DNA from: Steroidobacteraceae bacterium
Lineage (GTDB): Bacteria > Pseudomonadota > Gammaproteobacteria > Steroidobacterales > Steroidobacteraceae
Assembly (NCBI GenBank): GCA_036557045.1
Contig: DATBIF010000033.1
Span: 1 to 37,444, forward strand
Length of the DNA: 37,444 nt
Reading direction: 5' to 3'
The notes beneath the pieces are model-generated. The model did no database searches. It saw nothing but the letters and a program-made list of their open reading frames with translations, and was not told where the DNA came from. Positions 1-7,780 of this stretch are shown piece by piece (the stretch's first letter is position 1; every line of letters starts with the position of its first letter). The translations under genes were made by a program, and so were the position numbers.

Positions 1-81
1 CTGCTTACGGCGGTTTCGCAGGAGCTGTCAGGATTGAGCCGCCTGGCAGACAGTCAGCGCAGCCGGGAGCATTGAGAAGGC

Positions 82-1479
82 TCATCCGCCGATACCTTGG
101 ATCGGCGCAGCCGGGCCTTGGTCGGCACGGTCCAGGGCTGATGCCAATTCAACGATGCTGGGCGCGATCTCGACGGGCGCGTTAAAGGGCTGGCTCAGTG
201 AACGCGCCGCGAGTGGAAGCCGTGAGATCTCGGCTCGCGCGTGGTCGCGGGATTCGTCGAGCGTTGGTCGTGGGGAGGAGCGGCGGCCGGCGCGCATGAC
301 GGGCACGATCAGTGGCTCGCCTCGGCAGACATCGGTTTGCAGCGCGATCTCGTCCGCCATCAGTGTTCCGTCCGCGTCCACGCGGCGCATGACCTGTTTG
401 CGGCCCGGCCAGGTGGCCTTGCCAGCGGACCGCTTGCGGGTGGGACGGCCGGCGTATTCCTGCAGCTTGTAGGCGCAATCGAGCCATGGGTGGTCGGCGG
501 CGACGTCGAGGCTCGTACCGACGCCGAATCCGTCAGCGGGTGTCCCCTCGGCGAGCAGCTGTTCGATCGTGAGCTCGTCGAGGCTGCCGCTCAGGAAGAT
601 CTGCGTATCGCCGCAGCCGCCTGCGTCGAGGATTCTGCGCACGCCGCGGGCGAGGCTGCCCAGCTCGCCGCTGTCAATGCGCACCGCCTGGATCCGGATC
701 CCGGAAGGGCGCAGTTCCCGCGCCAGCTCCACTACGCGTTGCGCGGCGCGCAGTGTGTCGTAGGTATCGATGAGCAAAGTGTTCGCCGTTGGAAAGCTGC
801 GCGCGAAATGCCGAAAGGCGTCGATCTCGGAGGTGTGCGCCTGGACGAAGGAATGCGCCATCGTTCCGTACAGGGGAATATTGAAGCGGCGCCCGGCCGC
901 CACCGTTGCCGTGCCCCCGAAACCCGCCAGGTAGGCGGCCCGCGAGGCGAGGATCCCCGCTTCTGCGCCGTGTGCGCGGCGCAAGCCGAAGTCCACAAGC
1001 GTGCGCCCGCGCGCGGCGAGGACGCAGCGAGCAGCCTTGCTCGCAATCACCGTCTGAAAGTGCAGCAGGTTGATGAGGCGCGTCTCGACGAGCTGGGCCT
1101 GCGAAAGCGGTGCCGTTACCCGCACCAGCGGTTCGCCGGCGAAGAAGACGGTGCCCTCGCGCATGGCATCGACGTTCCCTTCGAAGCGCAATCGTGCGAG
1201 CCAGTCGAGAAAGGACCGCTGAAACCGGCCGGTCGCCTCGAGCCAGCCGATCTCTTCGGGCGTGAAACGCAGTCCTTCAAGGTACTCGAGCAGCTGCTCC
1301 AGGCCGGCTGCGATGAGGAAGTTGCGACGTTCGGGCAAGCGGCGCACGAAGAACTCGAACACGGCCGTCTCGTCCATGCCCCGTTCGAAGTAGCTGCTGA
1401 GCATCGTCAGCTGATACAGGTCGGTGAGCAGCGCCCCGTGGTCCTGCTCCGTCGAGGTGCCGTCGGCGCCGCGATTCAC
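82..1479 (-). CDS. pncB: nicotinate phosphoribosyltransferase (NAD salvage)
   Basis: 465-aa ORF. LLTDLYQLTM, FFVRRLP, LHFQT and YGTMAHSF segments are typical of the NAPRTase family. GTG start overlaps the upstream pncA stop (GTGA, 1476-1479). Confidence 0.9.
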   Translation of the reverse strand: MNRGADGTSTEQDHGALLTDLYQLTMLSSYFERGMDETAVFEFFVRRLPERRNFLIAAGLEQLLEYLEGLRFTPEEIGWLEATGRFQRSFLDWLARLRFEGNVDAMREGTVFFAGEPLVRVTAPLSQAQLVETRLINLLHFQTVIASKAARCVLAARGRTLVDFGLRRAHGAEAGILASRAAYLAGFGGTATVAAGRRFNIPLYGTMAHSFVQAHTSEIDAFRHFARSFPTANTLLIDTYDTLRAAQRVVELARELRPSGIRIQAVRIDSGELGSLARGVRRILDAGGCGDTQIFLSGSLDELTIEQLLAEGTPADGFGVGTSLDVAADHPWLDCAYKLQEYAGRPTRKRSAGKATWPGRKQVMRRVDADGTLMADEIALQTDVCRGEPLIVPVMRAGRRSSPRPTLDESRDHARAEISRLPLAARSLSQPFNAPVEIAPSIVELASALDRADQGPAAPIQGIGG

Positions 1480-2153
1480 GCCGCCTTCTCCGGCTCGCGC
1501 AACGCGCTGGAGTCGATCAGGCGGGCACCGGCGGCACGCATCTCCTCGAGGGCGCGCTCACCGTCTCCCGCGCGCACGTCAACGGCACGAACCGCATCCG
1601 TCAGGACCACAACCTCGAAACCCTCGGCACGGGCATCGAGCGCCGTCGCCCGCACGCAGTAATCAGTGGCCAGACCGCCGATGAACAGCCGGCCCACACC
1701 GAGCGCACGCAACTCCGACGCCAACCCGGTCTCCTGGAAGGCGGAATAGGCATCGCGCTGCTCGCTCGTCGCCTTCGAGATCACGCGTGCCGAACCGATG
1801 ACGTGTAGCGCGGGCGCAAAGCGCGCGCCGCGCGTTCCGGCAATGCAGTGCGCGGGCCAGGGGCCACCCTGGGAGCGGAAGCTGCAGTGGCGCTCGGGAT
1901 GCCAGTCGCGCGAGTAGAGGACCGGCCTGGCGCTGCGCGCAAAAGCATCGATACATCGGTTGAGCGGCGCGACGACCGCGTCGCCATCAGGGACGGCCAA
2001 CGCACCGCCTGGCAGGAAGTCGACCTGCAGGTCGACGACCAGCAGGGCATCAGCCGGCGCAATGTCTATTTCGGTCGCCACGTCACGCTCACTGGGCCCG
2101 GTGGCAGAGTATAACGTCGCGCCCGGGCCGAAATCGGCGCGCAAGTGTGCCAA
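1476..2153 (-). CDS. pncA: nicotinamidase / pyrazinamidase (isochorismatase family)
   Basis: ALLVVDLQVDF, SRDWHP, PAHC and GLATDYCV (catalytic Cys) motifs. Coupled to pncB. Start is uncertain: 2153 is TTG, and an in-frame GTG at 2081 is an alternative. Confidence 0.85.
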   Translation of the reverse strand: MAHLRADFGPGATLYSATGPSERDVATEIDIAPADALLVVDLQVDFLPGGALAVPDGDAVVAPLNRCIDAFARSARPVLYSRDWHPERHCSFRSQGGPWPAHCIAGTRGARFAPALHVIGSARVISKATSEQRDAYSAFQETGLASELRALGVGRLFIGGLATDYCVRATALDARAEGFEVVVLTDAVRAVDVRAGDGERALEEMRAAGARLIDSSALREPEKAA

Positions 2154-2179
2154 GGATGCCGGACGGCCTACGTATTTCC

Positions 2180-2208
2180 CACGAGCGCGTAACGCGCGTC
2201 CCCTCGTG
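2180..2208. promoter_or_regulatory. nested palindrome in the pncA / prs divergent region
   Basis: CACGAG (2180-2185) ... CTCGTG (2203-2208) enclose GCGCGT-A-ACGCGC (2185-2197). CGTATTT at 2171-2177 shares the AAATACG core (gene strand) with the 12-mer at 7669 and 19615. Confidence 0.35.
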
Positions 2209-2221
2209 CACGCTCACCGTG

Positions 2222-3211
2222 ATGAAGACCGACGCGCCAATCGCGCTCTTTGCACCGCAGGCCACGCATCGACTGGGTGCGGCGGTGGCAGCTGCACTCG
2301 GCACTGAGCTCGCACGGCATGAGGAGCGGCGCTTCGCAGGTGGTGAGTTCAAGATCAGGCCGCTCGAGTCAGTGCGCGGCCGGCACGCATGGGTGCTCCA
2401 GTCGCTGTATGGCACCGCGGGTGCGAGCGCCTGCGACCGGTTGTGCGAGCAGCTGTTTCTCGCGGGCGCGATCCGTGATGCGGGCGCGGAACATGTCGGG
2501 CTGCTGTTTCCGTACCTGGCATTTGCGCGCAAGGATCGGCGCACCAAGGCGCGCGATCCGCTGACCTCACGTTACGTCGCCCAGATGTGCGAAGCTGTCG
2601 GCGTTGACCGAGTCGCGGCGGTCGAGGTGCACAATCCGGCGGCTTTCGAGAATGCGCACCGCATTCCCGCGGAGCATCTCTCGCTGACGCGCATGTTCGC
2701 GGAGCATTTCGCGCATCGCTTCTCCGCGGCGTCGGTGGCGGTGGTGTCGCCGGATCTGGGTGGCTCCAAGCGCGCGCAGCTGCTGCGCGAGGCGCTGCAG
2801 CGACGAATCGGGGGCGACGTCGAATTCGGTTGTGTCGAGAAACGGCGCAGCGGCGACGTGGTGAGCGGCGGGCGGCTGGTCGGCGAGGTCGCGGGCCGGC
2901 AGGTGATCGTGCTCGACGACCTCATCAGCAGTGGCGACACAATGCGGCGCGCGGCGCGTATCTGCCGTGAGGCCGGAGCGCGCGGCGTCCACGCGGCGGC
3001 GGCGCACGCGCCGTTCGCCCCGGATGCCCTGCACAATCTCGCGGCGCCGGAATTCGACAGCCTCACGATCACGGACACGGTGCCCCTCTCGGGCGAAGCG
3101 AGCGCAGCGCTCGGGTACGCGACCGTGCTGCCCGTGGCGGAGCTCATCGCCCGCGCAACGGCCTGCATCGAGGGGGATGGATCGCTCAGCGACTTGCTGG
3201 AACGGGGTTGA
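2222..3211 (+). CDS. prs: ribose-phosphate pyrophosphokinase (PRPP synthetase)
   Basis: RFAGGEFKIRPLESVRG, VVSPDLGGSKRA and VIVLDDLISSGDTM (PRPP loop) match the Prs layout. The ATG at 2222 (MKTDAPIALF) fits the family N-terminus better than the GTG at 2147. Confidence 0.85.
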   Translation: MKTDAPIALFAPQATHRLGAAVAAALGTELARHEERRFAGGEFKIRPLESVRGRHAWVLQSLYGTAGASACDRLCEQLFLAGAIRDAGAEHVGLLFPYLAFARKDRRTKARDPLTSRYVAQMCEAVGVDRVAAVEVHNPAAFENAHRIPAEHLSLTRMFAEHFAHRFSAASVAVVSPDLGGSKRAQLLREALQRRIGGDVEFGCVEKRRSGDVVSGGRLVGEVAGRQVIVLDDLISSGDTMRRAARICREAGARGVHAAAAHAPFAPDALHNLAAPEFDSLTITDTVPLSGEASAALGYATVLPVAELIARATACIEGDGSLSDLLERG

Positions 3212-4235
3212 ACTGCGCTTCGAGTCCCCGGCAGACGGCCAGCCGGGCGCGCTGCAGGTAATCGCTCATGCGTGCGAGCAGGAGCGGGCGGTCCGCGTCG
3301 CTCTCCACGAGCCGCCAGGCGGCCAGGCGCGCACGGATGAAAGCCCGGTTGCTCGAATAGAAGGCGAGCAGCGCTGCCGCAGCGGCCGGACCTTCCGGCG
3401 CGTGGCGCTGCAGATCGAGAGTGTCCGCAGGCAATCCCAGACGCTCGCATTCGAGGGCGAGGAAGCTCAGCTCCTCGAGGGGATCGAGCAGGCGCAACTC
3501 CCGGTCGAAATCCAGGCAATCGATGATGAGGATGGGCGGCCCCAGCGAGATGTGCTCGGGTCTGAGGTCGCCGTGGCACTCGCGGATGTGTCCGTCCTCG
3601 GCGCGGCGCACCAGTGTCGGGCGCAATCTCTCGAGAAGCTGGCGCTGGAGCGACGCCAGGTCGGCGACGCCAGTCTGATCGGGGGCGGCCACGGCCGCCG
3701 TGACTGCAGCGGCGTTGAGCTCGATGGTTTCGTCGAGACGCCGGCAATACTCCGCGCCGTTCAGCGCGACTGGGGAGAGCTGCCGGTAGAAATTCCACAG
3801 ATGGCGCAGCAGCGCATCCAGGTCGGCGGCATCGCGAGCGCCCGAGGAGACGACACGGTCGAGCATTCGAGCGGCGGGCAGGCGGCGCATGTGCACGAGC
3901 CAGTCCACGGGCTCGCCGGCAACCGCACCGAGGTGCCAGGCGCCGTCCGCGAGCGCGACGAGCGGCATCACATCGAGGTAGACGCCAGGAGCGAGCGCGC
4001 GATTGAGGCGCAACTCTTCGCGGCACGCCGCCTGGCGCGCGTCCAGGTTCAGCGTATCGATGCCGTGATACCGAATCGGCTTGCGCAGCTTGTAGGCGTG
4101 ACGGGGCGTGAGGAACACCCAGGCGAAATGAGTCTCGATGCTCTCCACCTGAGCGCCGGGCTCGCCGAGATTGACACCCGCCGACAGGAACTGCACCTTG
4201 CGAGCGAGTTCTGCGGTCGCGTTCAGTTCTGCCAT
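3186..4235 (-). CDS. APH/choline-kinase-like phosphotransferase family protein, substrate unknown
   Basis: 349-aa ORF with a kinase catalytic loop CHGDLRPEHISL and a metal-binding IIDCLDFD segment. ATG start with a G-rich SD. Its 3' end overlaps the convergent prs 3' end by 26 nt. Confidence 0.65.
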   Translation of the reverse strand: MAELNATAELARKVQFLSAGVNLGEPGAQVESIETHFAWVFLTPRHAYKLRKPIRYHGIDTLNLDARQAACREELRLNRALAPGVYLDVMPLVALADGAWHLGAVAGEPVDWLVHMRRLPAARMLDRVVSSGARDAADLDALLRHLWNFYRQLSPVALNGAEYCRRLDETIELNAAAVTAAVAAPDQTGVADLASLQRQLLERLRPTLVRRAEDGHIRECHGDLRPEHISLGPPILIIDCLDFDRELRLLDPLEELSFLALECERLGLPADTLDLQRHAPEGPAAAAALLAFYSSNRAFIRARLAAWRLVESDADRPLLLARMSDYLQRARLAVCRGLEAQFNPVPASR

Positions 4236-4258
4236 TTCCCGCCCCCTCGGCCCGGGAG

Positions 4259-4274
4259 AGTACGCACAAGTACT
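4259..4274. promoter_or_regulatory. AGTAC-N6-GTACT inverted repeat in the kinase / CBS divergent region
   Basis: agtacgcacaagtact lies between divergent starts at 4235 and 4341. A short 5-bp-arm palindrome only. Confidence 0.25.
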
Positions 4275-4340
4275 GACGCGCGCTCGGCCGGGCGTCGGCT
4301 AGCATCCTGCCATAGCGTTGAGCGTCCAGGAGAACTCCCC

Positions 4341-4796
4341 ATGAATATCGCCTCACTCTGCAGCGGCAATGTCGTCACCATTCGCGAGTTCGAAGAACTG
4401 AGTGCCGCGGCGCAGCTCATGCGCGAGAAGCACGTCGGCTATCTGGTCGTCGTGACGCCGGACGTCGGCGGTGGCGGGTCGCGACCCATCGGAGTATTGA
4501 CGGATCGCGATATCGTCGTCACGGTCGTCGCCAAGGACACTGATGCCCGTACGCTGCGCGTCGGCGATGTCATGACACGCAATCCGGTCGTGGTCAGTGA
4601 GTCGGATTCGGTCGAGCAGGCGCTGCAGCGCATGCGGAGCATCGGCGTGCGCCGTCTGCCGGTGGTGGGCTCCAACGGTGCGCTGGTCGGGGTGCTGTCG
4701 CTGGATGAGATCATCGACGCTCTGGCCGCAGCGCTGCAGAACGTCGGCAGCTCCATCAAGGCCGAGCGGCGCATCGAGACGGCACTGCGCCCCTGA
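4341..4796 (+). CDS. CBS domain pair protein
   Basis: 151 aa. Two CBS repeats (VVTIREFEELSAAAQLMREKHVGYLVVV... and VMTRNPVVVSESDSVEQALQRMRSIGVRRLPVV). GGAGA SD lies 7 nt upstream of the ATG. Confidence 0.85.
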   Translation: MNIASLCSGNVVTIREFEELSAAAQLMREKHVGYLVVVTPDVGGGGSRPIGVLTDRDIVVTVVAKDTDARTLRVGDVMTRNPVVVSESDSVEQALQRMRSIGVRRLPVVGSNGALVGVLSLDEIIDALAAALQNVGSSIKAERRIETALRP

Positions 4797-4836
4797 AGCT
4801 GCGCGATTCCTGAGCTGGTTCGAGACGATGGCGTCG

Positions 4837-4921
4837 TTCGAGAGGACGGCGCGTCGCGTCAGGGGTGCGTGCGAATAACGCTTGTTAGAGAAGACGGCGC
4901 GTCGCGTCACGCGTGCGTGCG
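4837..4921. repeat. 37-nt imperfect direct repeat (period 48 nt) spanning the glgC stop codon
   Basis: ttcgagaggacggcgcgtcgcgtcaggggtgcgtgcg (4837-4873) versus ttagagaagacggcgcgtcgcgtcacgcgtgcgtgcg (4885-4921), 4 mismatches. The second copy contains the glgC stop (4907-4909). Confidence 0.7.
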
Positions 4922-6214
4922 TGCCAATGCGAGCGGCTTCTCCTTCTCGGACAACCGATCCTTGGTGACAAGCACCACGCCGCCCGGGCTCATCTCAAAG
5001 CGCGCGGCATCTTCCGCGGGATTCTCCCCGATCACGGTGTCGTCAGGTATGTCGCAACCGGCCTCGACGATGACGCGCCGCAGGCGGCAGCGCACGCCGA
5101 TGCGGCTATCGGGAAGCAGGACGGATTGCACCACGCTTGATCCGCGGCCAATGTCCACGCACGGACCGAGCACCGAGCTCACCACCTCCGCTGCGCGCAG
5201 TACGCAACCGTCCGAGAGCAGCGAATCGCTGATGCGACCGCTCCCGTCGGCTGTCATGATGCGTGCCGGGGGCAGCTGGCGGTTGTCCGTGAAGATGGGC
5301 CATCCGGGATCGAACAGGGCGGACTGTATTTTCGCGTCGAGCAGCTCCATGTGCGTCTTCCAGTAGGAATCGAGCGTGCCGACGTCGCGCCAGAAGGCGG
5401 GTGCGCCAGTCGCCGCATCCGTGAACTCGAAGATGCCGACCGTGCCTTGCCCGACCGCACCCGGGAGAATGTCGCGGCCGAAATCGTGGCTCGAGGCTCC
5501 GTTGGCCGCATCGCGCTCGAGGCGCTCGTACAGATAGTCGGCATTGAAGACGTACACGCCCATCGAGGCGAGCACGTGTTCACCGTGCGCGTGGAGCTGA
5601 GCCGGGTGCGGCTTCTCCATGAAGTCAACGGCACGATCGGCCGCGCCCGCGCGCAACACACCGAACTGCTCGGCGTCCTGGCGCGCGATCCGCACGCAGG
5701 CGATGGTCGTTTCGGCTCCGCAACGCACGTGATGCGCCAGCAGGCGGCGATAGTCCATCCGATAGACGTGATCGCCCGCGAGCACCAGGATGTACCGAGG
5801 GTTCTGCGCGCGGATCATGTCGATGTTCTGGTGCACGGCATTGGCCGTGCCGCTGTACCAATCGGGCTGCAGGCGCTGTTGGGCTGGCCAGAGCTCGACG
5901 AACTCGCCGAGATTTCGTGGCAGAAAGCTCCAGGCCTGTTCGAGATGCCGGATCAGCGACTGCGACTTGTACTGCGTGAGCACGCCTACACGCCGGACGC
6001 CCGAATGCACGCAGTTCGACAGCGAAAAGTCGATATTGCGGAACTTGCCGCCAAAGGGCAGCGCCGGCTTGCATTCCCAGCGCGTCAAGGCACCGAGCCG
6101 CGTTCCGTTGCCGCCCGCGAGCACCAGCGCCAGCGTTGCCGCGGCGGGCGCAGGGGACGGCGCGGCACTGGCCCGGGACGACAAGCTGCGCACGGCGTGC
6201 AAGTCGGACCTCAT
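4907..6214 (-). CDS. glgC: glucose-1-phosphate adenylyltransferase
   Basis: LVLAGGNGTRLGALT, KPALPFGGKFRNIDFSLSNC and GVLTQYKSQSL are hallmark GlgC motifs. The ATG at 6214 overlaps the stop of the upstream ElaB-like gene (ATGA, 6211-6214), so it is preferred over the ORF-track start at 6277. Confidence 0.9.
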   Translation of the reverse strand: MRSDLHAVRSLSSRASAAPSPAPAAATLALVLAGGNGTRLGALTRWECKPALPFGGKFRNIDFSLSNCVHSGVRRVGVLTQYKSQSLIRHLEQAWSFLPRNLGEFVELWPAQQRLQPDWYSGTANAVHQNIDMIRAQNPRYILVLAGDHVYRMDYRRLLAHHVRCGAETTIACVRIARQDAEQFGVLRAGAADRAVDFMEKPHPAQLHAHGEHVLASMGVYVFNADYLYERLERDAANGASSHDFGRDILPGAVGQGTVGIFEFTDAATGAPAFWRDVGTLDSYWKTHMELLDAKIQSALFDPGWPIFTDNRQLPPARIMTADGSGRISDSLLSDGCVLRAAEVVSSVLGPCVDIGRGSSVVQSVLLPDSRIGVRCRLRRVIVEAGCDIPDDTVIGENPAEDAARFEMSPGGVVLVTKDRLSEKEKPLALARTHA

Positions 6215-6501
6215 TGCCGTCGCATCAGCAGGCCGACCACCAGTCCGGCGCTGCCGGCCAGGGCCATGTACTGCCACGGCTTTTCATGGACGTTTCGATC
6301 CGCGTTGCGCACCGGGCGCAGCACGTCGTGCTGCGCGGTCGCGAGAGCGCTCCGGAAGTTGCTGAGCGACTCCTGCGCGCGGCGGCGGGCATTGCAGACC
6401 TGCTCGCTGTCGCTGTGGGCGGTCGCCTGCAACAGCTCCTCAGCGTGCGTGATGAGTCGCTGCAAGTCATCGCGCAACGTCCCCACTTCTGTCTGCGACA
6501 T
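6211..6501 (-). CDS. ElaB/YqjD/DUF883-family membrane-anchored stress protein
   Basis: 96 aa from MSQTEV. Helical N-part (DDLQRLITHAEELL) is followed by a C-terminal PWQYMALAGSAGLVVGLLM anchor, as in ElaB/YqjD. GGGAG SD lies upstream of the ATG at 6501. Confidence 0.75.
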   Translation of the reverse strand: MSQTEVGTLRDDLQRLITHAEELLQATAHSDSEQVCNARRRAQESLSNFRSALATAQHDVLRPVRNADRNVHEKPWQYMALAGSAGLVVGLLMRRQ

Positions 6502-6570
6502 GACTGACTCCCGATCCCCACAAATTGACTGCCTCGCAGTATCGCCGCGATCCGGTGTGTCACGCTGTAA

Positions 6571-6604
6571 GTAGTTTCCGTTGGCGTGCACTAGGTAGTT
6601 TCCG
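6571..6604. repeat. two exact copies of GTAGTTTCCG spaced 24 nt, upstream of the ElaB-like gene
   Basis: 6571-6580 and 6595-6604 are identical 10-mers. They read CGGAAACTAC in the direction of the downstream minus-strand gene and lie 70-103 nt upstream of its ATG. Confidence 0.6.
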
Positions 6605-6692
6605 AAGCGGATGCCGCGGCTCAGAGCTGGCCCGGAGACGTGCCCGAGGCTGACCGATCAAGGTGTGAAGCGGCGCCAGGAGCGCCCCGAGC

Positions 6693-7382
6693 TCACGCGG
6701 CGCCTCGGGAGCGTGCCTTGGTTTCAAGCGCCTCCTGGCGCGCGCGCTCGAGGAGGGCGCGTACTTGGGCGTCCTCCAGTTGTTCGAAGTCCACGTACCA
6801 CTCGCCGATCGCCCAAAACGCAGGCGGCGTTTCCAGGACCACGAGCTGGTCAGCCACCTCCGCGATGCGCGCCGCCGCCTCGGTGGAAGCGACCGGTGCC
6901 GCCACGATGACACTCGCAGCTCCCGCCTGGCGCGCCGCCTGGACAGCGGCAATCATGGTGGCGCCCGTGGCGAGACCGTCATCCACCAGGACCGCGGTCG
7001 TGCCGTTGAGATCGAGCGGCGCCAGACCGCCACGATAGGCGCGCTCGCGCCGCTGCAGCTCCGCGTGCTCGCGTCTCGCGAGCGCGTCGAATTCCAGGTC
7101 GAGATTCGCGAAACGCGACAGGACAGGCTCGCGCACGACGACGCCACCGGCGGCAATCGCTCCGATGGCAAGCTCCGGCTGACCCGGCATTCCCACCTTG
7201 CGCACGACCAGTACGTCCAGCGGTGCGCACAAGGCGCGCGCCACTTCATAGGCTACGGGCACTCCGCCGCGCGGCAGTCCCAGCACGATCAGCGGGCGCG
7301 CCAGCCTGAGACTGCCGACTGCCCTCGCCAGCTCGCGCCCCGCAGCCGCACGGTCCTCAAAGATACGCAACTGCTCCGCCAT
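6693..7382 (-). CDS. phosphoribosyltransferase-domain protein (type I PRTase fold, substrate unknown)
   Basis: LGLPRGGVPVA and the PRPP-binding loop AVLVDDGLATGATM. The ATG at 7382 has a GAGGGG SD 8 nt upstream. The GTG at 7391 is the alternative. Confidence 0.8.
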   Translation of the reverse strand: MAEQLRIFEDRAAAGRELARAVGSLRLARPLIVLGLPRGGVPVAYEVARALCAPLDVLVVRKVGMPGQPELAIGAIAAGGVVVREPVLSRFANLDLEFDALARREHAELQRRERAYRGGLAPLDLNGTTAVLVDDGLATGATMIAAVQAARQAGAASVIVAAPVASTEAAARIAEVADQLVVLETPPAFWAIGEWYVDFEQLEDAQVRALLERARQEALETKARSRGAA

Positions 7383-7437
7383 GCTCTTCACCCCTCGGGT
7401 TCACTTCGACACTGCACCGCTTCGGGCGCGCACGCCC

Positions 7438-7617
7438 TCAACGGCGCGCGCTCTGTCCGGAGGCCCACCGCTTCGCCTGCGCGATGGCGACCCGGATCGC
7501 CTTGCCTTCGTCATAACCCTGCTCGAGCAACGCGTTGGCGATCTCGATCGCCTTCTGACGCACCGAGGGCGCGAGCCGTTTCATCGAAGCCGGGTAGTAC
7601 GCGGGATTCCAAGGCAT
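7438..7617 (-). CDS. small conserved-looking protein, possibly ChaB-like
   Basis: 59 aa, MPWNPAYYPASMKRLAPSVRQKAIEIANALLEQGYDEGKAIRVAIAQAKRW. The pattern resembles the ChaB helical repeat. The rest of the 202-aa ORF upstream is Arg/Ser-rich shadow sequence. Confidence 0.45.
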   Translation of the reverse strand: MPWNPAYYPASMKRLAPSVRQKAIEIANALLEQGYDEGKAIRVAIAQAKRWASGQSARR

Positions 7618-7668
7618 ACGCTGTTCACCGTTAAAACTGAGTATCCGGCTGCGGGAGTCGGGCTGCCC

Positions 7669-7680
7669 ATCCGTATTTGT
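7669..7680 (-). promoter_or_regulatory. copy 1 of the shared AT-rich 12-mer ATCCGTATTTGT (ACAAATACGGAT on the gene strand)
   Basis: Identical 12-mer at 19615-19626. Both copies lie in intergenic DNA upstream of minus-strand genes, here 52-63 nt upstream of the ChaB-like ATG. Confidence 0.35.
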
Positions 7681-7780
7681 GCGGTGATGCGCGCCGGACG
7701 GCACCCGCGGGACGAGACGGACACCTTCGGCAACGGCGAGCACCCGCCACCTCGCATCGTCGGCCAAGCGTTCAAGGGCG

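Noticed and set aside
1-75. Possible C-terminal fragment of a plus-strand gene (frame 1 reads LLTAVSQELSGLSRLADSQRSREH-stop).
   Set aside because: Only 24 codons are visible and there is no recognisable motif, so it cannot be distinguished from non-coding sequence.
6672-6686. Small GC hairpin (GGCGC-N5-GCGCC) just downstream of the PRTase stop, considered as an intrinsic terminator.
   Set aside because: It has only a 5-bp stem and no U-tract on the transcribed strand, so it is not distinguishable from chance in GC-rich DNA.
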